From a virus (taxonomy: Duplodnaviria > Caudoviricetes): a stretch of 64,000 nucleotides of DNA. Shown here piece after piece: positions 8,963 to 16,203 of this stretch. Positions within the stretch are counted from its first letter, which is position 1; every line of letters begins with the position of its first letter. The stretch is taken from the IMG/VR virus record IMGVR_UViG_3300005758_000017, positions 1-64,000 of that record, one strand, 5' to 3'. The position numbers and the translations under genes were made by a program. The notes beneath the pieces are model-generated. The model saw only the letters and a list, made by a program, of their open reading frames with translations, searched no databases and was not told where the DNA came from.

Positions 8963-10660
8963 TTAAGCGGCTGGTGCGGCTCCGCCGGCTGGGGGAGGTG
9001 TTGCGGCTCCTGGTGCGCCGGCGGCTGGTGCTCCTTCGGCTCCTGCTTCACCTTCAGCTGGGCCTAAATCTAGCCCACCACTTAGATCTAAATCAGCATC
9101 ACTTGGGCCTTTTAAGCCTGTTGCGCCAAAGTCCACAGCTTCTTCATCACCTTGTTGATCAGTGTCAGCATTTTCTTCGCGCCATAGGCGTTCGTTTTCT
9201 AGGATTTCATCGTCAGTTAAGCCCATAAACTTCTTCAACTTGAAACGATGTGCCATATACGGCACTTCTGCTAGCTGTGTGAATACCGCGGCACGAGCAT
9301 TATTCACTTCAATTTCGCGATAACTGCTGAAATTCTGGGGCTCTAGCATGTCCAAATCAAAGCTAGAACTGTCAATATTAACGCCTCTATGCTTTAAGAA
9401 TGTCTTAAATTCCTTGTCAAGATATGGTGCAACTAGCCCCTGTAGGCGTCTGCAATAGCGGTTAAAGCGGAATTCTTGAATAAGAGCTGTACCCATACGT
9501 CCATCAGTGAATTGTACTGCTGTGTCATCTGGACCTGTTGGCAAATAGCTACTTGGGATACGTAAACCACGGAATAGCTTGTTAGTAAAGAACTTTAAGT
9601 CGTCAATCTCACCTAAGTTCTGGCCGCCTGGCAATACTTCAACTTTACTACCACGACCGTCTGCTGTTTGGGCAAAGAAGAAGTCTTCCATAATAGATAG
9701 TGGGTTATAGCTAGCATCCATAACACTGGCGCCGCCGCTACGTGTAGGAATACGTCGTTGGTGAATTTCGTTTTTAACTCGTTCAACGAATGCCATAGCT
9801 TGGTGACTTGGCAAGTTACCTGTGTCAATGTAGAATACACGGCGTTCTGGAGCACGTTGTACACGATAGATAATAATAGCATCTTCAAGCATTTCTTTTT
9901 GCTTGTAAATCTTGAATACGCTATCTAGAATACTTTGACCAAATGGCCAGGCTGCGTCTAAACCTTCGTTTAAGCTAATATGCAGTACGTGTTCGCTATC
10001 AATTGCAATCTCACCTTCTCTGCCTTGATTAGGCTTTGCATAACCACTTGGAATAGAATAAGGGCCAGCGGCCGCAGTAACGTTGCTATTTGCTAATGTG
10101 TTTACGTTATCAATTGGCTTTGTTGCAACTTTTGCACCTAAGTTAGGGTGTACGTTTGTAATAACATACTGCTCAACTGCACGGCCTTCGGCTTCGTTAA
10201 TAACCGCACGTTTTACGTCAATTGAATTGACATAGTATAATTCAAATGTTTCTGGATCACGTAAGAAAAAGTGGTCTCCGTATTTGATAGCATTACGGAA
10301 AGTACGGAAGATACGTTGATCCATTTTGTTAATAGCACACCACTTTTTAAGTGTCTCTGTAACAATTTTACTTTCGCTTTCTGTTGGATCATCTTTCCAT
10401 TTTACAACAAATGGTAAATTGGTTTCTTCGTCGGCTTGTGTACAAAATTCTGCAATAGTATCAAGAGCGGCATTGACTTCGCTGTCCATGTCCATATTAT
10501 CATATTGAACGTAGCGTTCAACGCGGTTTGGTTGGCCAGTATATACGTCCTGTAGCCAACTTGCAAATTTTGAAGTTGCGGCTCCAGGTCCGCCTCTAGG
10601 ACCAGAATCTGTTTTTTCGCCTTGCGGGTCCCAGATTTTAAAATGTTTTCTCCAGCTCAT
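8963..10660 (-). CDS. gp20: Portal protein, T4 gp20-like
   Basis: 565 aa. Motifs EVNAALDTIAEF, MLEDAIIIYRVQRAPERRVFYIDTGNLP, EDFFF...GRGSKVEVLPGGQNLGEIDDL and LRIPSSYL. Confidence 0.96.
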   Translation of the reverse strand: MSWRKHFKIWDPQGEKTDSGPRGGPGAATSKFASWLQDVYTGQPNRVERYVQYDNMDMDSEVNAALDTIAEFCTQADEETNLPFVVKWKDDPTESESKIVTETLKKWCAINKMDQRIFRTFRNAIKYGDHFFLRDPETFELYYVNSIDVKRAVINEAEGRAVEQYVITNVHPNLGAKVATKPIDNVNTLANSNVTAAAGPYSIPSGYAKPNQGREGEIAIDSEHVLHISLNEGLDAAWPFGQSILDSVFKIYKQKEMLEDAIIIYRVQRAPERRVFYIDTGNLPSHQAMAFVERVKNEIHQRRIPTRSGGASVMDASYNPLSIMEDFFFAQTADGRGSKVEVLPGGQNLGEIDDLKFFTNKLFRGLRIPSSYLPTGPDDTAVQFTDGRMGTALIQEFRFNRYCRRLQGLVAPYLDKEFKTFLKHRGVNIDSSSFDLDMLEPQNFSSYREIEVNNARAAVFTQLAEVPYMAHRFKLKKFMGLTDDEILENERLWREENADTDQQGDEEAVDFGATGLKGPSDADLDLSGGLDLGPAEGEAGAEGAPAAGAPGAATPPPAGGAAPAA

Positions 10661-10665
10661 GTTAT

Positions 10666-10671
10666 TACTTA
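10666..10671 (-). promoter_or_regulatory. Late promoter motif TAAGTA-N5-ATG (portal)
   Basis: The minus strand reads GGTAAGTAATAACATG. Confidence 0.65.
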
Positions 10672-10681
10672 CCTTGTTTTA

Positions 10682-13600
10682 TTAGCCTAGCCTTACCGGT
10701 GCGTCAATGCCAGAACTCTTTGTGTTGGATCTAATTGCTGATAGATCGTTGTTCATACCAGATAGGTATGTTAGTACTTGCTGTATAACTTCTGGCGAAA
10801 TTGCTTGTTCACCTTTACCAGGTCCGCCTTCACCGCTTATGTTAATTTCACCACCTGGGTTTACTTCACCAAGATTTGGAAGCTTAATATCTCCTGCTTC
10901 AGCAATTTGTGCAATAGCAGTACCAATCTTAGTTAAGTTTTCAGCAGTTAGCCTCATTTCATCACTTGAACCAGCTTGGGCAAATTCTAGTAGCTTGTCT
11001 TTGAAATTTCCAAGAGCATTATTATCAAGCTTAACAATATTTTCTGATATTGACAGTACGCCTTCGCCAAACGACTTAATGCCTTGTCCAAGTTTACTAA
11101 TTGCATCTGCATAAGGAACAAATTGCATTATCCTGTCTAGTGGACTCTTTGCTCCAAATAAACTCATAATGCCTGTAACAACGCTACCAGCAGTACCAGC
11201 AATCATGCCAGCAGTAAACAGAATCATGCCTGCGCCAATTGCACCCAATCCTACACCAATTGCAATTAAGTTTGCCCCACTAACATTGCCAATGCTTACG
11301 ATAGCGTCCGAGAACATTTGTGCGGCTTTGGCTGCTACCATTGCACCCAATCCAAATACTGCTAGCGATGCACCTAATGCGGCAATAGCAACTGCACCCA
11401 AAGCAATAACAGGTAAGAATCCGCCCATTACTCCGGCAGCTACAGCAAACACGCCTAGTGCAACTGCTCCTTTGGCAATGCCTTCCCAATTTAAATCATT
11501 GAATGTTTGGAAGCCTTTGCCTGCTACCCACATAGCGGCTCCTAGTGCGGCAATTGCCAACGAACCCATTAAGATATTACCTGATAAGTTTCCTAGTAAT
11601 GCGGCAGCACCGCCTAAAATTGTTAAAGCAACTGCTCCTTTAACCAAGCTACCCCAGTTGACTTCATTAAAAGTTTTAAAGCCAATAGCCGATAACAACA
11701 ATGAACCACCAAGTATAGCTATAGATGCCGCACCTTTAAGCATACTTGTACTAGCTTCGCCTACTAATCTAGCCATGCCAATTAGACCGGCAAGTGCAAC
11801 TGTTCCTTTTAACATACCTTCCCACTTGACTTCGCCAAATGTTTTAAATCCGTGTGCGGCAAGTGCTAAAGCACCACCAAGTAATGCTAATGTTCCAGCA
11901 CCTTTAACTGTTTTACTATCTCCTAATGTTCCAAGGAAATCTCCAAAGGCACTCATGCCACTGCTAGCGGCTCCGCCTAATTTGCCTAATGCTCCGCCAG
12001 CACTACTTGCGGCGCCACCAAGTTTATCCATGCCTGGAATTTTACCAAGTAATCCTTTACCTTTGCTTAGTAATCCGCCAAGGCCTTCGGCTAACGCACC
12101 ACCTAATCCTTTGCCGCCACCTAATAATGCGCCAATACCGCCACCTAGTGCTAGTGCTCCAAATGCACCAGTTAGACCAACAATACTAGCCATTAAGCCC
12201 AAGATGACATTACGCAAACTATTCAATGCACCAGTTAGCTGATCCATTGCCTGAATGTTTCCAGCTTCTGTTGTTGTGCCAATGCCTTTAGCTAGTTCTT
12301 TCTTAGCGGCTTCATCACCAGCGTCGGCCCTGGCTTGCAATTCCATTTTCTTAGCAAGTACACCTGCGGCAACACCAGAATCAAATAATCCTTCTGTACC
12401 TTTAGCACCCAAGTCACCACGCTGTCTACTAATTTCTTCAAATGTGCCACGTTGGCCTTGCATGCCTTGAGACATACCCTGAGCTGTAATAGTTCCGCCA
12501 CCTGCTTTACGTGCGGCTTCTGTTGCGGCCGCAACTGCTTGGAAGTTTGCCATTGCTTCAGGAGAAGCGTATGTTGATGCGGCACCAGTTTGACCTTTGG
12601 CCATTAACAAGGCCATTCGGTTTAAATCTTCTTCGTTGTTGCTTACTCCTGCGGCTGCAAGTGCTTGTTTAATTTCTTGTGCGCCAGCAACACCTTGCAA
12701 TTCAGCGGCTTGACCCGATGTACTCTTCTTAAAGTTTTCAATACTCTTTAAGATTTCCTTAGCACTTGTACCAAATGTATTGCTTAGTGTACGTGCAGAA
12801 TCTACTGTATCAGCATACTGTTTAACAAGCTTTTGTTGAGCATCAACTTCGTTTTTAGCAGTCAATGCAATCGTAGAGCTTAATGTTCCCATTAAGCTTG
12901 CTTGGTCTTCTTGAGACAAGCCCATGGCTGCTGTTGCCGCAGCCGCCTTGTTCATCTTCTTAACGTACTCTGGGCCCAGTGCTTTTTGTAAACTACTATT
13001 AATTGAGTAAGAACCTAAACGTAGGCCACGTGCCAAGTCGCTTAAATTCTCTGTTGCCTTTTGACTGTTTGAACCAAATGCTTTAAAGCCGCCGTTACTG
13101 TCAGCAATAACTTTAATAAAGCTATCACCTAACCCTGACATTAATTTGGCTTGTTTTACTGAGCCAATGCTAAACGCACTTAGGTCAGCAAATGCGCCCA
13201 TGTCTTTGGCACTTGCCGCAAAGTTTTCTAGTACGCCTAATGTAAAGCCAAAGCCGGCTGCTAGGCCGCCTAGTGCTTTACCTAGAACATTACTGCTACC
13301 GCTCATGCGCCAGGTTAAATTGTTTAATGCACCTGTTAAATTGCCTTGGCCTAATAGAACATCTTTGCCAAACTCTTTTAATCCCTTACCAACACCTTTA
13401 ATAGAATCAAGTTGCTCGTCCTGTGCTTTATTAACTTCCTTTTGGGTCTTTTGCCAGTCTTCTAATTCTTTGCGGGCACTTTCACTTAATTTTTCGCCAC
13501 GAGCTAATTGGTCAGCATATTTTTTCATGCGGGCATCTAACAAAGACTCAGCTGGGCTTTTTCCTTTGTTGCCGCCGCTGGACTTGTTTTCTGGACGATT

Positions 13601-13702
13601 AGGTTGATTAATACCGCCAGTCTGACCACCTACGCCTCGGCCCATGGCACTGGTTAGTTCATTGAGCTTTTCAAGCAATCGTTCTATTTGTCGGTCATCC
13701 AT
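10682..13702 (-). CDS. Tail tape measure protein
   Basis: 1006 aa, Ala/Gly-rich and helical, with periodic amphipathic repeats (GFKTFxEVxWxxxxKGAVAL); adjacent to the tail chaperone genes. Confidence 0.85.
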   Translation of the reverse strand: MDDRQIERLLEKLNELTSAMGRGVGGQTGGINQPNRPENKSSGGNKGKSPAESLLDARMKKYADQLARGEKLSESARKELEDWQKTQKEVNKAQDEQLDSIKGVGKGLKEFGKDVLLGQGNLTGALNNLTWRMSGSSNVLGKALGGLAAGFGFTLGVLENFAASAKDMGAFADLSAFSIGSVKQAKLMSGLGDSFIKVIADSNGGFKAFGSNSQKATENLSDLARGLRLGSYSINSSLQKALGPEYVKKMNKAAAATAAMGLSQEDQASLMGTLSSTIALTAKNEVDAQQKLVKQYADTVDSARTLSNTFGTSAKEILKSIENFKKSTSGQAAELQGVAGAQEIKQALAAAGVSNNEEDLNRMALLMAKGQTGAASTYASPEAMANFQAVAAATEAARKAGGGTITAQGMSQGMQGQRGTFEEISRQRGDLGAKGTEGLFDSGVAAGVLAKKMELQARADAGDEAAKKELAKGIGTTTEAGNIQAMDQLTGALNSLRNVILGLMASIVGLTGAFGALALGGGIGALLGGGKGLGGALAEGLGGLLSKGKGLLGKIPGMDKLGGAASSAGGALGKLGGAASSGMSAFGDFLGTLGDSKTVKGAGTLALLGGALALAAHGFKTFGEVKWEGMLKGTVALAGLIGMARLVGEASTSMLKGAASIAILGGSLLLSAIGFKTFNEVNWGSLVKGAVALTILGGAAALLGNLSGNILMGSLAIAALGAAMWVAGKGFQTFNDLNWEGIAKGAVALGVFAVAAGVMGGFLPVIALGAVAIAALGASLAVFGLGAMVAAKAAQMFSDAIVSIGNVSGANLIAIGVGLGAIGAGMILFTAGMIAGTAGSVVTGIMSLFGAKSPLDRIMQFVPYADAISKLGQGIKSFGEGVLSISENIVKLDNNALGNFKDKLLEFAQAGSSDEMRLTAENLTKIGTAIAQIAEAGDIKLPNLGEVNPGGEINISGEGGPGKGEQAISPEVIQQVLTYLSGMNNDLSAIRSNTKSSGIDAPVRLG

Positions 13703-13739
13703 TATGGTAATACGGTCCTTTTGCCATTAAAATACCACA

Positions 13740-13779
13740 TAAATAATGTTATGCAATAATAGGCCTATGAACCTATTTA
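13740..13779. promoter_or_regulatory. Face-to-face pair of late promoter motifs
   Basis: TAAATA on + at 13740-13745 points toward the 13798 gene. TAAATA on - at 13779-13774 points toward the tape measure gene. Confidence 0.6.
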
Positions 13780-13797
13780 CCGTTAAGGATTAAGTAC

Positions 13798-14691
13798 ATG
13801 GATAATTCCAACCCACTAAAGAAGCCAATTAAAATGCCAACACCTAACCCGTTGGCGCAATATTACCGCAGACCTGGTACTCACATCGAGTTGCCAAGCG
13901 GTGGCCGTTTTTATAGTAAGCCTCCTAAAATGTCAGATACAAACGAATTAGCCGTTTATCCAATGACAGCAAAAGATGAGCTTGCGCTTAAAAACCCAGA
14001 TGGATTACTAAACGGAGAAGCACTTAAACAGGTACTAGCAAGTGTTTGTCCAGACATTAGTAATGTATCTGAAATCCCTGCACCCGATATTGATGCTATT
14101 TTGGTTGCTATGCGTATGGCCAGCTATGGCGACGATATGGAGTTAGATGTTAACCATAATTGCGAACAAGCAAATGGTAGAAGCCAACGTATTACTGTTG
14201 GCTTAGGTGGCATTTTAGGTACGCTTAAAGCTATCCCCGACGGCATAGGCGATGTTAATCTTGCAAACGGTATTAACGTTAAACTAAAGCCATACACTCT
14301 TGATGCACAAAGTAAATTGCTTCGTATTCAGTTTGTTACTATGCGACAATTACAAGCCGCAGAAGCAAATGAAAACATCACAGTAGATCAAAAAGCTGAA
14401 ATTGCCAACAAAGGCTACAATGAACTAGTGCTATTAAGTCAAGACATATTAGCACAAAGTATATTAAGCGTAACACTTCCAGATGGTGTTGAAGTTACAA
14501 ACCCAGCACACATTTTAGATTGGGTTAAAAACTTAGACCGTGCTACAAATGAACGCTTAGATGCAGAACTAAAACGTTTTGGCGAGTATGGTATTACCAG
14601 AACTGTAGAAGTAAAATGCGAACATTGTGGGGAAACTTACAAGTCAGACATGTTGTTTGACCCAACAAGTTTTTTCGGCGTAGGCTCTTGA
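13798..14691 (+). CDS. Baseplate hub / tail assembly chaperone, T4 gp26-like
   Basis: 297 aa. Motifs IELPSGGRFY, VYPMTAKDELALKNPD, PDIDAILVAMR and CEHCG; ends in SFFGVGS. Confidence 0.75.
   Translation: MDNSNPLKKPIKMPTPNPLAQYYRRPGTHIELPSGGRFYSKPPKMSDTNELAVYPMTAKDELALKNPDGLLNGEALKQVLASVCPDISNVSEIPAPDIDAILVAMRMASYGDDMELDVNHNCEQANGRSQRITVGLGGILGTLKAIPDGIGDVNLANGINVKLKPYTLDAQSKLLRIQFVTMRQLQAAEANENITVDQKAEIANKGYNELVLLSQDILAQSILSVTLPDGVEVTNPAHILDWVKNLDRATNERLDAELKRFGEYGITRTVEVKCEHCGETYKSDMLFDPTSFFGVGS
14670..14676 (+). promoter_or_regulatory. Candidate -1 ribosomal frameshift slippery site T TTT TTC
   Basis: The in-frame codons AGT TTT TTC form an X XXY YYZ heptamer. The -1 frame is open and continuous with ORF 14688-14915. 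Confidence 0.7.
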
Positions 14692-14915
14692 TACTCGGTA
14701 CCGACGTTAAAGGGATACGCCGCTTTATCGAAGGTATAGAAAACGAAGCAAGAGCCTTAGTCAAAGAAGTGACCACCTTAAGCGTATGGGGAGGCATAGA
14801 TCCAGATAGTGTCTGGTTTATGACTTTCCTTGAACGCGAAGTCCTAAGTGAAGTCATTAAAGAAAGAACAGAAGCAATGTACGGCAAGAAGGGCTTTGCT
14901 CGAAGTCGTTTCTAG
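14688..14915 (+). CDS. gp51-like chaperone ORF, probably the C-terminal extension of a frameshift product
   Basis: 75 aa from a TTG with no clear SD; W..MTFLERExL pattern; lies in the -1 frame relative to the upstream gene. Confidence 0.65.
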   Translation: MILGTDVKGIRRFIEGIENEARALVKEVTTLSVWGGIDPDSVWFMTFLEREVLSEVIKERTEAMYGKKGFARSRF

Positions 14916-14934
14916 TCATTTATCATATTCAGTC

Positions 14935-14951
14935 GGGCGAATACTTCGCCC
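14935..14951. terminator. GC-rich hairpin in the convergent intergenic zone
   Basis: GGGCGAA-TAC-TTCGCCC. Confidence 0.5.
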
Positions 14952-14984
14952 TTGAATTTCGCATCGCTTCGCTCTTGCTCATTC

Positions 14985-15011
14985 AGTGTATCTTAGATAC
15001 ACTTTTTTTTT
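14985..15011 (+). terminator. Intrinsic terminator of the gp26/gp51-like operon
   Basis: AGTGTATC-TTA-GATACACT, whose last T begins a T9 run. Confidence 0.75.
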
Positions 15012-15059
15012 GATTTAACACGATAAACTAGAGTAGATACATGTGATTTACATTTTGAT

Positions 15060-15575
15060 TACTTGACACTGATGATTCAGTCACACTTAGCCGTTTTACC
15101 GGCTAAGATTAAAAACTTGACACCGAAGTCCAAGCCACATTTAACTAAAGCAACTCGTTAAAGTTAGGGCGGTCACGCTGTACCCTTTTACGCTCATCTT
15201 ATTGTGACGCTACTGCAAGGCCTAGTTAAAATCGCTTTTGCAGTATGTAGGTTGTAATAGTTCACCAGAGCCTACTCATTTTAGCATTCATATACTTGTG
15301 TCAATTCGTTCCATGCCATGAATTGCGTCCTGTTAAGGATAGTGACAACAAGTCTCCGCTACTGTTCGGAAGTTCCTTCCCCTGTGCAACCCTAGTGCCA
15401 GGTTTTATGGGTGTTTTCCAGGCAACACACGCCTATTTCAGTAGTAATTTGCTTACTAGTGGATTTGCTAATAGATGTTTAAGTTAGAGTTCTACGTTGC
15501 GTAGTGTATTAGCCAAGATGAGTATGTAATAGAATATGTAGTTAGTAGCAGAGCTAGTTGAGTTAAGTGCCGTTG
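15060..15575 (-). ncRNA. Putative large structured non-coding RNA (boundaries approximate)
   Basis: No credible ORF over 660 bp, multiple helices, a C(UUCG)G loop on the minus strand, a possible pseudoknot and an 8-bp long-range pairing (see findings). Confidence 0.5.
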
Positions 15576-16004
15576 TTATAATTTGCCAAGAATATGAGAG
15601 CCATGAACACGAACCTGTATGTGCCCGTTGTAATAATCCATTGATTCAAGAACTTTTCTATCAAATTGTTCTTTAGCTTCTAGGTAAGAACAAGCAGATT
15701 TTGATTTGCAGTAGTGTAGAATTTCCCTCGTGAAGTTTTCTTCACCTAGTAGCTCTACATCTTTGCTCAGTTCAGGGCTAGAACCAAAATAAGTTAGCCA
15801 ATCGCTGTCAATTTTACTGCGAATCTTTTTCTTCTTTTTAACACCGTTCTTTTGTTTGACAACTTTATAGGTAGTCTTAGAGAACTTTGCTAATTTCTTA
15901 CCAACATACTTTCGATTGTTGGTTTTGTTCGTAATCAAATAAACAAAACCAACACAATCTTCTGGTAGTTCCTCAACAATGGTACCGTTATAGTACCATG
16001 TCAT
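15576..16004 (-). CDS. Single-domain GIY-YIG (Seg-like) nuclease with a Lys-rich insert
   Basis: 142 aa. Motifs GFVYLITN...KYVGKK, YFGSS, NFTREIL, YLEAKEQ and YYNG; no C-terminal DNA-binding module. Confidence 0.8.
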   Translation of the reverse strand: MTWYYNGTIVEELPEDCVGFVYLITNKTNNRKYVGKKLAKFSKTTYKVVKQKNGVKKKKKIRSKIDSDWLTYFGSSPELSKDVELLGEENFTREILHYCKSKSACSYLEAKEQFDRKVLESMDYYNGHIQVRVHGSHILGKL

Positions 16005-16005
16005 A

Positions 16006-16194
16006 TTACTTGGTAGCCGCTAATGCTTCTTTTTCAGCAGTAATCTCTTTACGGCGCTCTTTGATAGCTTTGCTCATCTCTTGTAGTGCTTTACGAGCAC
16101 GAGCGGCAGCGGCCTTAACGCCCTTGCCGGCAAACTTTTCGTTTTCGGCTTTGTAAATTTCAAACTGCTCAAGTAGTGTATCGTGGTTTGACAT
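16006..16194 (-). CDS. Histone H1-like (Hc1-family) small basic protein
   Basis: 62 aa with KGVKAAAARARKALQEMSKAIKERRKEI, matching the short Hc1 pattern KGNKAAxxRARKA. Confidence 0.7.
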   Translation of the reverse strand: MSNHDTLLEQFEIYKAENEKFAGKGVKAAAARARKALQEMSKAIKERRKEITAEKEALAATK

Positions 16195-16203
16195 AATGTC
16201 TCC

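Noticed and set aside
10707-13607. Long plus-strand ORFs (e.g. 11169-12242, 357 aa) opposite the tape measure
   Set aside because: Antisense to an Ala/Gly-rich gene, with no RBS or promoter and no recognisable motif.
15296-15487. 63-aa plus-strand ORF in the intergenic region
   Set aside because: It lies downstream of a strong plus-strand terminator, has no SD, and has atypical composition.
15060-15575. Group I intron, RNase P, tmRNA or tRNA identity for the intergenic RNA
   Set aside because: A GAGACU is present but no matching P7 partner (AUAGUC); no GGAAAGUCC, no tmRNA ends and no cloverleaf; no interrupted gene flanks it.
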